64,000 nucleotides of DNA from Thermomicrobiales bacterium (GCA_035513175.1 DATKCN010000250.1:2468-66467); one strand, 5' to 3'. Numbered from the stretch's first letter, positions 25,871 through 34,953 are shown. Notes: generated by a model from the letters alone, not told the origin. Made by a program: numbers and translations.

Positions 25871-26337
25871 TCAGGAGCCACCTCGCATGAAAATCTCATA
25901 GACGCGCGTCAAATCAGGGTACTCTGTGACACGCGCCGCGATTCGCAGCAGTGGCAGGTACTGCGAGCGCGAGTTGCCATGGTTGGGGAAGTGCCAGACG
26001 CGCCTCGTCGTGTTCGCCACCTGCTTGCTTCAGCCTGGCTCCAGACCTCGTCGAGATCCAGCAAGAAGCAGATGTCGATGTCCTCCGGAATGAGATCGAG
26101 CGCGTTGCGGGCCGAGTCGAAGCGTCACGGCGTCACCGTGACCTCGTGCACGATGGCGCGCGTCGCCCGCAGCCGCTCGACCGTGTCGTCGGTGCTGCCG
26201 GTGTCGGCGACGATGAAGAGATCGGCGTCCGCGACGTCCATCATGAAGCGTTCGACGTGCGCCGCTACGTTCCTCGAGATCGCATACGCGGCGATCTTCA
26301 CCTGTCGTTCCTCAGGCTCAATACATCGTCGCGGCAC
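25871..26337 (-). pseudogene. Family-2 glycosyltransferase, degraded (nonsense codons, frameshift, internal deletion)
   Basis: GTG 26337: MPRRCIEPEERQVKIAAYAISRNVAAHVERFMMDVADADLFIVADTGSTDDTVERLRATRAIVHEVTVTP[TGA 26127..26125]RFDSARNALDLIPEDIDICFLLDLDEV. After a -1 slip it reads LEPG[TGA 26032..26030]SKQVANTTRRVWHFPNHGNSRSQYLPLLRIAARVTEYPDL... Only ~150 codons remain, versus >=250 expected for this subfamily. Confidence 0.6.
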
Positions 26338-26372
26338 GACGCGCCAGCGAAACGAACCCCCGCATCACGCCG

Positions 26373-27746
26373 TCAATAGACCTCGAGATAGCGCTCGCGC
26401 TCCCAGCTGGTGACGTAGCCGCAGAAGGCGCTCCACTCGCGGCGCTGGCCCTCGGTCAGGCGCTCGTAGACGTGGTCGCCGAGCGCGTCCTTGATGACTT
26501 CGTCCTCGGCCAGCTCGCCAATCGCCTCGCCGAGCGTGGTCGGCAGCGTGCCGACGTTGCGCCGGGCCAGGTCTTCCTCGGTGAACAGGTACAGGTTTTC
26601 CTCGACCGGCTCCGGCAATGGCAGCTCGCGCTCGATGCCGTCCAGCCCGGCCGCCAGCATGACAGCGTAGGCCAGGTACGGGTTGCAGGAGGGGTCCGGG
26701 CAGCGCAGCTCGATGCGGGTGGCCGCCGGCCGGCCGGACCGAATCATCGGCACGCGGATCAGCGCCGAGCGGTTCTGGCGCGCCCACGAGATGTAGACCG
26801 GCGCCTCATAGCCCGGCACCAGGCGGCGGTAGGAGTTGATCAGCGGGTTCAGCACGGCAGTCATGCCGCGCGCGTGGGCCAGCTGCCCGGCGATAAAGTG
26901 CTTGGCGATGCGCGACAGTCCGTAGGAGTCGTCGCTGTCGATGAAGGCGTTCTCGCCGCTGTCCAGCAGGCCGAACGACTGATGCGTGTGCATGCCGGAG
27001 CCCGCGATGCCCTCAACCGGCTTGGGCATGAACGTCGCGTGCAGCCCGTGTTGCTGGGCGATCGCCTTCAGGGTGAACTTGAAGGTCGTGGCGTTGTCCG
27101 CGGTCGTCAGCGCGTCGGCGTACTCGAAGTCGATCTCGTGCTGGCCGACGGCCACCTCGTGGTGCCCGGCCTCGACGGTGATGCCCATCTGCTGTAGCGC
27201 GCGGATCATGTCCTTCCGCACGTCGGCCGCCAGGTCGGTTGAGAGATCGAAGTATCCGGCGCGGTCGTGGGGCAGGACGGAAATGTCGTTGCCCTCCTTG
27301 CGGAACAGGAAGAACTCCAGCTCCGGGCCGGTGTTGTAGGCGTAGCCCAGCTCGGCCAGCCGCTCCAGCTGGCGCAGCAGCACCGCGCGCGGGTCGCCCA
27401 TGAACAGCTCGCCGTTCGGCTTGTGCACCCAGCAAATGACCCGCGCGGTCGTGTTGCGGCCCCGGTCCCAAGGGATGACATTGAACGTCGCCAGGTCGGG
27501 CATCAGGAACATGTCGCTCTCGGCGATGCGGGCGAAGCCGGCAATCGCCGAGCCGTCGAACCACTGGCCGTGCGCGATAACGTTCGGGAACACGTCGATT
27601 GGGATCGTCACCATCTTGACGATGCCCATCACGTCCGTGAACTGCAGGTTCACGAACTGGACATCGTCGTCTCGGCACTGTTGGAGCACCTCATCAGCGC
27701 TGCGCGCCGGCGTCCTGTGACCGGTGGGGGCGATGTCGAGTGCCAC
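26373..27746 (-). CDS. glnA: Glutamine synthetase, type I
   Basis: 457 aa. FVNLQFTDVMG (beta-grasp), GPELEFFLF, HHEVAVGQHEIDF, GSGMHTHQS, NSYRRLVPGYEAP, and IRVP...TRIELRCPD are all GS-I signatures. GTG start with GAGGAGG 8 nt upstream. Confidence 0.92.
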   Translation of the reverse strand: MALDIAPTGHRTPARSADEVLQQCRDDDVQFVNLQFTDVMGIVKMVTIPIDVFPNVIAHGQWFDGSAIAGFARIAESDMFLMPDLATFNVIPWDRGRNTTARVICWVHKPNGELFMGDPRAVLLRQLERLAELGYAYNTGPELEFFLFRKEGNDISVLPHDRAGYFDLSTDLAADVRKDMIRALQQMGITVEAGHHEVAVGQHEIDFEYADALTTADNATTFKFTLKAIAQQHGLHATFMPKPVEGIAGSGMHTHQSFGLLDSGENAFIDSDDSYGLSRIAKHFIAGQLAHARGMTAVLNPLINSYRRLVPGYEAPVYISWARQNRSALIRVPMIRSGRPAATRIELRCPDPSCNPYLAYAVMLAAGLDGIERELPLPEPVEENLYLFTEEDLARRNVGTLPTTLGEAIGELAEDEVIKDALGDHVYERLTEGQRREWSAFCGYVTSWERERYLEVY

Positions 27747-27892
27747 GCGCCAGACCTCCTCGTGTGTCAGCGTCGTGCGGCGCGGTCATCCCACGCGTGC
27801 GGCGCCCGCCAGGCAAGGGTACGCATATCGGGCGGCGCGCGCCACGGGTGAGCCGACGAACGCACACTGGCGGTCTTGTGCCGCGCGCACAA

Positions 27893-28504
27893 TTACGGGG
27901 CACGCGGCCCGACGCCGATCGCGCACGTCTCGTCAACGTCCGGCGCCCGCTCGCTGTTCTGGTAGACGTGGATGAAGAAAGGAAGGCGCGGATCGTCCGC
28001 GCGGTCGAGCCGCAGTTGCCGCTCCCACGCGGTGAGCACCACGGCCGTGTCCAGTCCGGGATACGGAGCCAGGATCACGTCGAGCTGGCCGGTGGCTTCG
28101 TCACGCAGCAGCGCGACGTCGTTGTCCGGCAGGTCGGGGTCATAGGCCACCCACACGGCTCCGGTGGCCAGCGACTTCACCGCGTGCTCGTCGATCAGCG
28201 GCGTCCGGTACAGCCCGCACAGGTGGGCCAGTTCGGCGTGCGGTCCACCGGCCGGAGGGATCACGTCGTAGGCGAACGGGCCGTTTGCCTCCCCCCCGGT
28301 CAGCGTCTCGAAGATCGTCACCCCGTCGACCTCGTCCGGCAACCGCTCCTGGTTGAGATTCATGTAAACGTTGAGCAGGGCGAATAGCAGCAATGTCCCG
28401 GCGAAGATCGGGACCCAAACCCTGCTCCGGCGAGCCGCCTTCGGGTCGGCGTGCCCGCGCCACCTGCCGCCGGACATTTGCGTGCGTGAACTGTTGCTCG
28501 TCAT
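27893..28504 (-). CDS. Membrane-anchored DUF3105-like protein
   Basis: ORF 27893..28696 trimmed to ATG 28504 (start uncertain). One TM segment (VWVPIFAGTLLLFALLNVYM), then YDVIPPAGGPHAELAHLCGLYRTPLIDEHAVKSLATGAVWVAYDP, which resembles the DUF3105 core as I recall it. Confidence 0.6.
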   Translation of the reverse strand: MTSNSSRTQMSGGRWRGHADPKAARRSRVWVPIFAGTLLLFALLNVYMNLNQERLPDEVDGVTIFETLTGGEANGPFAYDVIPPAGGPHAELAHLCGLYRTPLIDEHAVKSLATGAVWVAYDPDLPDNDVALLRDEATGQLDVILAPYPGLDTAVVLTAWERQLRLDRADDPRLPFFIHVYQNSERAPDVDETCAIGVGPRAP

Positions 28505-28657
28505 TAGCCGTGCGTTGCCGTTACGCGCGATCCCGCCGCTCGTCGCGGCCGGGGAGAAGCCTACCACCGTGGCCGATCTCAACCGGGCTCGACGGCGTTC
28601 GTCCGCGCGTACACTACTCGTCAGCAGCCAGGGACGGGCAACCAGGGGAGTGGCGCA

Positions 28658-29659
28658 ATGACTAAGCGGAGGACCTGCACGACGATCGACGCGCATGCTG
28701 GGGGGGAGCCGCTACGGATCGTTACTTCCGGTCTGCCGCCGCTCAAGGGCGCGACGATCCTCGAACGGCGTCGGGAGATGCTGGACCGGCACGACCACGT
28801 TCGCCGGGCGCTGATGTGGGAGCCGCGCGGCCACGCCGACATGTACGGCGCGATTCTCACACCGCCGGTGACGCCAGACGCGGACTACGGCGTGCTGTTC
28901 ATGCACAACGAGGGGTACTCCACGATGTGCGGGCACGGCATCATCGCCCTCACCACCGCGCTGATCGAAACGGGCTCGTTCCCCTGTGAGGGAGATTCGG
29001 CGACTATCGGCTACGACACTCCCGCCGGATTCGTGCGCGCCACGGCGCGGGTTGTCGACGGCCGCGCGAGGCAGGTCGCCTTCGAGAACGTGGCCTCGTT
29101 CGTGTTCGCCGACCTCGTCGAGATCGACATCGCGCACGGCCGCCTGCGCGTGCCGGTCGTGTTCGGCGGCGCGTTCTACGCGCTTGCCGACGCGAGCGCC
29201 GCGGGTTTGACGATCGAATCGGGCCGTGTGCGCGACCTGATCGACTTCGGCATGGCCGTCAAGCAGGCGGTCGAGGCGGCGCTGGACGTCGTCCACCCGA
29301 CCGAGCCGGAGCTGCGCGGCATTTACGGCACGATCGTCACCGGTCCCCCGACAGCCGGCGCCGATGGCCGCAACGTCACCATCTTCGCTGACGGCGAGGT
29401 CGATCGCTCCCCCTGCGGCACCGGCACGGCGGGGCGCGTTGCCTGGCTGCACGCCACCGGCGCGCTGGAGACCGGGCAGCTCTACACGCACGAGAGCATC
29501 ACCGGAGCCCGCTTCACCGGCCGCGTCTTGCGCGAAACGAGCGTCGGAGGCGTCGCCGCCGTCGTCCCCGAGATCGCCGGACGCGGTTACCTCACCGGCT
29601 TTCACACCTTCGTGATCGAGCCTGACGACCCGCTTAGCGGCGGCTTCCTCGTGCGGTGA
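28658..29659 (+). CDS. Proline racemase family protein (Cys/Cys type: proline racemase or 4-hydroxyproline 2-epimerase)
   Basis: 333 aa. IDAHAGGEPLRIV, first catalytic Cys in STMCGHG, second in DRSPCGTGT. GGGGAG 7 nt upstream. Confidence 0.85.
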   Translation: MTKRRTCTTIDAHAGGEPLRIVTSGLPPLKGATILERRREMLDRHDHVRRALMWEPRGHADMYGAILTPPVTPDADYGVLFMHNEGYSTMCGHGIIALTTALIETGSFPCEGDSATIGYDTPAGFVRATARVVDGRARQVAFENVASFVFADLVEIDIAHGRLRVPVVFGGAFYALADASAAGLTIESGRVRDLIDFGMAVKQAVEAALDVVHPTEPELRGIYGTIVTGPPTAGADGRNVTIFADGEVDRSPCGTGTAGRVAWLHATGALETGQLYTHESITGARFTGRVLRETSVGGVAAVVPEIAGRGYLTGFHTFVIEPDDPLSGGFLVR

Positions 29660-29670
29660 CGCTCCCCAAA

Positions 29671-30783
29671 CTACGCGTCACGCGTTGCGAACAGCAGGCA
29701 CACCGGCGACGGCGCCATCGTGACGTTGCCCGTCTCTTCCAGACGCCCCGACTCCCCGTCGACGCGGAACGTGACGATCGTGTCGCTGTTCTGGTTGGCG
29801 GCCAGCAGATAGCGTCCCGTTGGGTCGATTCCGAAGTTGCGCGGCTCCTCGCCCAGCGTTGACTGGTGTCCTGCCGGCGCAAGCGTGCCGTCGAGCGGGT
29901 CGATGGCGAAGATGGCAATGCTGTCGTGTCCCCGGTTCGAGCCGTAGAGAAACCTGCCGTCCGGCCTGACGTGGACATCCGCGCAGGAGTTCCTGCCGTC
30001 GAATCCCTCCGGCAGCGTCGAGATGGTCTGCCGTGGCTCCAGCACGCCGCCGACAAGGTCCCAGCGGCACGCTGTTATGGTCGAGTCCAGCTCGTTGATG
30101 ACGTAGACGAACGACGCTCCGGGATGGAACGCAAGGTGGCGCGGCCCCGCGCCCGGATGCAGGCTGGCGAACGGCGGGTCGTGCGGCGCGAGCCTCCCGA
30201 GCTCCAGATCGATGCGGTAGATGAGCACCTGATCGAGTCCGAGGTCGGCGACCAGCGCGACGGTGTTGGTCGGATCCGGTGTGATCGAGTGCGCGTGGGG
30301 TCCCTGCTGCCGCACTGGATGCACGCTGGAGCCGCTGTGCTGGTGGATGTCGCTGGCCTGCTTGAGCGAGCCGTCGCTCTCGACCGGCAACATGGCCACG
30401 CTGCCGGTCGCGTAATTCGCGACGAGGACGTACTGCCCGGTGGCGTCGACCATGAGGTGGCACGGATCGCCGCCGTGTGACGCCTCGCGGTTGAGAAAGC
30501 TGAGCCGCCCAGTCCCCGGATCGCGGGCGAAGGCGCTCACCGCGCCGCCATCGTGCCCGTCGATGCTGGGAACCTCGTTGACGGCGTACAGCGTCCTGCC
30601 ATCGGGCGCCAGCGCAAGGAAGGCGGGACTGGGAACGTCAGGGATCTCCTGCGCCAGCCGCAGCGCGCCGCTGTCGCTGTCGAACGAGTAGCAATAGAAG
30701 CCGTCGGCCCGGCCTCGCTCGCCGGGGCCGTGATGGGTGAACGTTCCAACGTAGACCCACGTCGCCGGGGCGTTGCCGCTCAT
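29671..30783 (-). CDS. Lactonase, 7-bladed beta-propeller family (6-phosphogluconolactonase-like)
   Basis: ORF trimmed to ATG 30783 (MSGNAPATWVYVGTF...), with GGAG 6 nt upstream. Repeated propeller blades with GxxPRH/F motifs (GAGPRHLAFHP, GEEPRNFGIDP). Confidence 0.8.
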   Translation of the reverse strand: MSGNAPATWVYVGTFTHHGPGERGRADGFYCYSFDSDSGALRLAQEIPDVPSPAFLALAPDGRTLYAVNEVPSIDGHDGGAVSAFARDPGTGRLSFLNREASHGGDPCHLMVDATGQYVLVANYATGSVAMLPVESDGSLKQASDIHQHSGSSVHPVRQQGPHAHSITPDPTNTVALVADLGLDQVLIYRIDLELGRLAPHDPPFASLHPGAGPRHLAFHPGASFVYVINELDSTITACRWDLVGGVLEPRQTISTLPEGFDGRNSCADVHVRPDGRFLYGSNRGHDSIAIFAIDPLDGTLAPAGHQSTLGEEPRNFGIDPTGRYLLAANQNSDTIVTFRVDGESGRLEETGNVTMAPSPVCLLFATRDA

Positions 30784-30811
30784 CGTTGACTCCGTTCTGC
30801 GTACTCCCGCG

Positions 30812-31177
30812 TCACGCCAGCGCGATGCAGGCGAAGCCGCACTTGGCCTGGGTTGGGACCCCGAAGCGCGCCGTGTGGCGGGCCGGGAGCCCATGCGGAA
30901 AGTGCTTCACGTATTCGGCGTTGATCTCCTGGTAGTCGGCTGAGTTGGTAATCAACAGCGTCACCTGGATCACCTTTTCCAGCGACGACCCGGCCTCCTC
31001 CAGCACCGCCTTCATGTTGTTGACGGCCGCGCGGGCTTCCTCGGTGGCCGTGCCGTGCACGCCGCCCGAGATGCCGGACACGAACACCAATCCCGCCGCC
31101 TTCGTCGCCCGCGAGAACGGCCGCGCCTCGCCCTCCGGTTGGCTGATGTACTCGATCCCGCGCTCCTGCTCCTGCAT
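30812..31177 (-). CDS. ridA: RidA/YjgF/L-PSP family reactive-intermediate deaminase
   Basis: ORF trimmed to ATG 31177 (MQEQERGIEYISQPEG...), with GGGGGAGG upstream. ~121 aa with the typical AGLVFVSG...KVIQVTLLITN...ARHTARFGVP pattern. Confidence 0.85.
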   Translation of the reverse strand: MQEQERGIEYISQPEGEARPFSRATKAAGLVFVSGISGGVHGTATEEARAAVNNMKAVLEEAGSSLEKVIQVTLLITNSADYQEINAEYVKHFPHGLPARHTARFGVPTQAKCGFACIALA

Positions 31178-31217
31178 ATCGCCTCCCCCTCTCCCACTTT
31201 CGCACGCGCCAGACCGC

Positions 31218-31255
31218 CGCATCATGCCAGCACGTCCGCATCATGCCAGCACGTC
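31218..31255. repeat. Perfect 19-nt tandem duplication CGCATCATGCCAGCACGTC x2 (+CGCA)
   Basis: Read directly. It lies ~40 nt upstream of the ridA start on the minus strand. Confidence 0.85.
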
Positions 31256-31274
31256 CGCAGCGGGGCAACACACG

Positions 31275-31769
31275 GAGTCGGGATGCGGGACGTGGCGGGG
31301 ATGGCGCGGGTAGCGCGCGCCGACCTCTGTAGGGGCCGGTCTTGCGCCGACCCACGGCCCGCTGGCCGTCCGGCAGGACCGGGCACGACGCAGGCACATG
31401 TGCGGTGAGCGCAACTAGTGCATGAGGAGTTCAAGGACGCCAAACCCATACACGTCCGGTTGTCGTCCTTGACCATGACGTAAACCGTCAGAGGCATCCG
31501 AGGCCGTTACGACACCGCCGGATCGGTCGGGCATCGCGGCGCGCGGCCAGCGGGCCGCCGGGCCCGGCAAGCCGCGGCCCCTACGGGGGTTGACAATGCG
31601 CCGCCGTTCGAAATCGGTCCGGCATCGACGCGGCGGCCTCACGGCCGAGGCCGGCACAAGACCGGCCCTAACCAGGATCGGCGCGCGGCATCCGAGCCCG
31701 TCGCCGCCGCGTCCCGCGTCCCGGCCAGCGCGTCCCGCTTCCCGACCAACGCGTTCCGCATCCCGACTC
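31275..31769. repeat. ~495-bp non-coding element bounded by 20-nt imperfect inverted repeats (18/20)
   Basis: Left arm GAGTCGGGATGCGGGACGTG (31275..31294). Right arm CGCGTTCCGCATCCCGACTC (31750..31769), whose reverse complement is GAGTCGGGATGCGGAACGCG. The interior has no coding-like ORF and is packed with REP-like hairpins and 7-nt-periodic repeats. No obvious target-site duplication. Confidence 0.55.
31329..31673. repeat. Three REP-like GTAGGGGCC-type hairpin elements (31329..31353 plus strand; 31561..31584 and 31647..31673 minus strand)
   Basis: GTAGGGGCCGGTCTTGCGCCGACCC. Reverse complement of 31561..31584 is GTAGGGGCCGCGGCTTGCCGGGCC. Reverse complement of 31647..31673 contains TTAGGGCCGGTCTTGTGCCGGCC (perfect GGCCGG/CCGGCC stem). 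Mutually similar, and similar to the motif at 4766. Confidence 0.55.
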
Positions 31770-31771
31770 AC
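31709..31771. repeat. 3 x 21-nt imperfect tandem repeat built from heptamers (GCGTCCC GCGTCCC GGCCAGC / GCGTCCC GCTTCCC GACCAAC / GCGTTCC GCATCCC GACTCAC)
   Basis: Read directly. The TGA stop of the M14-like gene (31770..31768) lies in the last heptamer. Confidence 0.8.
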
Positions 31772-34700
31772 CCTAGCCGCAACGGCCGCGCCCGCCCGAC
31801 GCGAAGGGTCACCGTCCCGTCCCCGTGCTCCGTCCGCCACCGGCTGATCGGCGGCGCGGCGGCCAGCAGCAGGTCGAGCGTCGCCCTGTTCGCCAGCAGG
31901 TGAGCCCGCGCCACCCGCTCAAGGTGCTCGCCTTCGGCCGTCTCGTCGTTTACCTCCGTCACCCACGAGAGCACCGTCGTCTTCGGGAAGCGGGTCGCGA
32001 AGCCCCTTCCCTGCGGATCGGGCGGCGCGGAGTCGATGTGCCACAGCATGTCGTCGTGAAACTCGCCCGGAAAGCGGTCGGGCAGGCGCGACTGACCCCA
32101 CTGGCGATAGCTCGCGCCGTAGACGCGGTTCCAATCGCCGATGTCGGTGTCGCGCACGATGGCCGACACCGCGTCGCGCAACGCCAGCGCCGCCGCCCGA
32201 TGCTCGGGATACTCCGGCGCGTCGACCCAGCGGGCGATGCCGTACAGCAGCGCCTGCGGAATCCAGTACGACACGCCGAATCGCGGCGGGGAGCCGAACC
32301 CGGCGAACGGCTGCACCCATTCGTGCGACGGCACCCCGTGGTTGTCGACGATCGCGTCGGCGGGCCAGCGCTCCCATACCGCGCGTCGCACGCGGGCCTC
32401 GCCGAAACGGGTGTCGGGATCGAACGTCCCCTCGCCGAACTCATAACCCAGCGCGTTGTAGCGCGCCGGGTGGTGCTTCCATGTGGTCGCGCCTGGCTCG
32501 GCCGCCAGCCGCGCGTGCAGCGCCGCGCCGTCCGGATTCTCATACGGCAGGATCAGCACGTTCACCGCGTCGAGGTAGCGCCGCCACTCGGGATCGGTCG
32601 CGCACAGCCAGGCCAGCCGGAACGCGGCGTTCGTGCTGGAGATTTCATTTGCGTGATGCCGCGCGACAACCAGATAGGTCGGTTTGAAGATGGCAGCCTT
32701 CATTGGAGAATGCAGCCTTCCCGGCGTCGGCGCCGCCAGCGACAGCGCGACCAGCGGCCGCCCCTGATACGAGTGGTCTTCCACCCAGGACGTGACCTCG
32801 GGGAAGGTGGCGAGCCCGGTCGCCCACGACATAACATCGTCACCGTGGATGTTGGTGTCCATTGGAGGGCCGGGGGATGAGGGCCGGGGGCCGCGAGGGG
32901 CGAGAAGCGAGGGGAGCGGCAGGCGGAGTTCAACGGATTCGGCTCCGAGGGAGATGATGGTAGATATTGAAGCGCCATCGGGCGTCGGCATCGCTGCCAG
33001 TTCGCGCAGGCGGGCGAGGGTTGGCCCGCTGTCGCCATCGACCTCTACAGCCACGTCGACGGCCAGTTCATCGCCGTGTCGGCGGATGCCGTCGACCCAG
33101 ACAGCGGGTAGCGGCAGGGCAGGCCGCTCCGGCGCGGCGCGTAGCGTGACGCGGGCGCGCGGCGCCTGCCCGGGCGTGACGCGCACCAGCGGGATGACCG
33201 CCCCTGGGGCGTTGCAGCGCTCGCCGGTCTGCGCGCGCCCGTACATCTCGATCGCGTCGAGCGTTGTGAAGTAGATGTCCTCGGCCAACGCCTCCGCCGC
33301 CGAATCGTTCTCCTCGCGCACGCCGACCGGCTCGTTCGGCTCGCTGATCCATACCTCGGCCAGCAGCTCGCCGAAGAACGGCTGGGCAGCGGAGTGCGCC
33401 CCGCCGCGCGCCTCGATCAGCCGCAGCAGCTCCGGAATGACCTCCTGCTGCCAGAAATCCCAGAAGGTTTCGAGGTCGGTCTGGAGTGGGAAGCTCCCTC
33501 GGCCCGTCGCACCGACGCCGTATACGCCGCCAGTTGTTACCTCGACCGTGCCGCTGTCGGGGATGGCCGCCACGAAGGGCCGGTAACGCGAGAGCCAGCC
33601 CAGTTCGTCGAGATACACGCTGCCGCCATGCTCATCGAAGGCCTCGACGGTGAAGATTCTCCGATCCTGCCGCCGTTTCACCATCTCGACCGCCTCAAGC
33701 GGGATGCGAAGCGCTTCCGCCAGCAGTTCGTTGCCCGGAAACAGCTCCTGCAGCCAGCGGATGGGCATGTCCAGCAAGCCCTCCGGGCGCAGAGGACCGT
33801 CTGTTCGCAGTGGGGGATAGCTGATCCGCACACGCGAGACCGGGAGACCTGCAAGGGCAGGAATGACAACCTCGCGCAGCCAACAGAGCCCGAACTTGAA
33901 CGAGCACAGCACGGTGACACGGGCGTTCGGGCAGCCGTATTCGGCGAGCAGCGTCTTCACCCGCTGGGCCAGCGCCTCGCGTTGAGCCAGAGGTTCGCTG
34001 ACGAACACCGTCAGGTGTTCAGTGCCCTCCAGCCAACCCCCTGCCAGCATCTCGATCAAACGGTCGACCTCCCACGCCGCTTCCCAGTCGCGCTGCCAGA
34101 TGATCTCGCCCGGCTCGTTCGGCTCCGGCCCGTCCCCCGCCAACCAGCGCCGCAGCGTGGCGACCGCCGAGGCCACGCCCCCGGTTTCGGGCGCGGTTAC
34201 ATGGGGCCATGTTGCGGCCACCTGCTCGATAAGCGCGGCCAGCGCCTCAGGCTCGCCCCCGGCCAGCCAACCGTTCGGCACGCGCCGGAGCGAGGCAGCC
34301 CCGTCGCCGGGCCGCACGTCGAAGACGGCGCCGCTGACGGCCTCGCGCACGAGCGGAAACGTCAGCCCTCCGCTTTCGACGCCCAGTCGCGCCGCCAGGT
34401 TCGCCAGCGCGACGCCCAGCGGCGTCGGAAGCTCGTCAGGGAGGGCGAGGGCGATCCGCGACGCGTCCGGCAGCCGGTCTCCGTCGCGGTCCAGCAAGGC
34501 GCCATCGATAGTGCACAGGCGCGTCAGGCAGCGGGCCGGCTCGACGCCATCCGGCAGTGACGACGCGCGGGTTTCTTCAAAGGCGCTCGCCGTGGGCAGA
34601 TCAGCGATCTCCGTGACGGTGACATGCTCCGCGCCATCCGGCAACACGGACGCTTCCGCGACAACCAGCGGCATCGGCAGCGCGTGCGTCTCCAGCCCTA

Positions 34701-34842
34701 TGCGCGCGGCGGCGTCGATCAGCGCGGCCCAGAAGGCGCGCTCCCCGCTCCGTTCAGGCAGGTCAACGACCAGCCTGGCCGTCGCGTCATCCGGGTAGCC
34801 GTCGCCGTTCCGATCGACGGCCCAATCGCTGCTCACCTGCAT
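31768..34842 (-). CDS. Large (1024-aa) protein with C-terminal M14 (carboxypeptidase A-like) metallopeptidase domain and ~650-aa unassigned N-terminal region
   Basis: ATG 34842 with GGGAGGGGG upstream. C-terminal third: VVARHHANEISSTNA (HxxE zinc motif), ILPYENPDGAALH, IVDNHGVPSHEW (third zinc His). No signal peptide seen. The N-terminal two thirds have no motif I recognise. Confidence 0.7.
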   Translation of the reverse strand: MQVSSDWAVDRNGDGYPDDATARLVVDLPERSGERAFWAALIDAAARIGLETHALPMPLVVAEASVLPDGAEHVTVTEIADLPTASAFEETRASSLPDGVEPARCLTRLCTIDGALLDRDGDRLPDASRIALALPDELPTPLGVALANLAARLGVESGGLTFPLVREAVSGAVFDVRPGDGAASLRRVPNGWLAGGEPEALAALIEQVAATWPHVTAPETGGVASAVATLRRWLAGDGPEPNEPGEIIWQRDWEAAWEVDRLIEMLAGGWLEGTEHLTVFVSEPLAQREALAQRVKTLLAEYGCPNARVTVLCSFKFGLCWLREVVIPALAGLPVSRVRISYPPLRTDGPLRPEGLLDMPIRWLQELFPGNELLAEALRIPLEAVEMVKRRQDRRIFTVEAFDEHGGSVYLDELGWLSRYRPFVAAIPDSGTVEVTTGGVYGVGATGRGSFPLQTDLETFWDFWQQEVIPELLRLIEARGGAHSAAQPFFGELLAEVWISEPNEPVGVREENDSAAEALAEDIYFTTLDAIEMYGRAQTGERCNAPGAVIPLVRVTPGQAPRARVTLRAAPERPALPLPAVWVDGIRRHGDELAVDVAVEVDGDSGPTLARLRELAAMPTPDGASISTIISLGAESVELRLPLPSLLAPRGPRPSSPGPPMDTNIHGDDVMSWATGLATFPEVTSWVEDHSYQGRPLVALSLAAPTPGRLHSPMKAAIFKPTYLVVARHHANEISSTNAAFRLAWLCATDPEWRRYLDAVNVLILPYENPDGAALHARLAAEPGATTWKHHPARYNALGYEFGEGTFDPDTRFGEARVRRAVWERWPADAIVDNHGVPSHEWVQPFAGFGSPPRFGVSYWIPQALLYGIARWVDAPEYPEHRAAALALRDAVSAIVRDTDIGDWNRVYGASYRQWGQSRLPDRFPGEFHDDMLWHIDSAPPDPQGRGFATRFPKTTVLSWVTEVNDETAEGEHLERVARAHLLANRATLDLLLAAAPPISRWRTEHGDGTVTLRVGRARPLRLG

Positions 34843-34953
34843 GGCGCCCCCTCCCGTGCCTGCAGGGCGATTGTACCGGTGTCGGTCTCGCTATAATGCG
34901 GGCACGAACGACGCGCGCCGCCGTCGTCACGTGGACGGAGCATAAGAAGCCCC

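Noticed and set aside
19864-26127. Possibility that TGA is reassigned to Trp (genetic code 4/25), given two TGA-for-Trp positions in the GT2 remnant.
   Set aside because: Many well-supported genes here terminate at TGA at the expected length (for example purD, the SbcD-like gene, the CE7 paralog and the M14-like gene). The genome is very GC-rich. The GT2 remnant also has a frameshift and a deletion. The AhpD-like TGA aligns with Cys, not Trp.
31589-31594. TTGACA hexamer as a promoter inside the repeat-rich spacer (and a similar TTGACA at 61049).
   Set aside because: At 31589 there is no acceptable -10 at 16-18 nt and no downstream plus-strand gene. The TTGACA at 61049 overlaps the SD of the small ORF and would place the TSS inside it.
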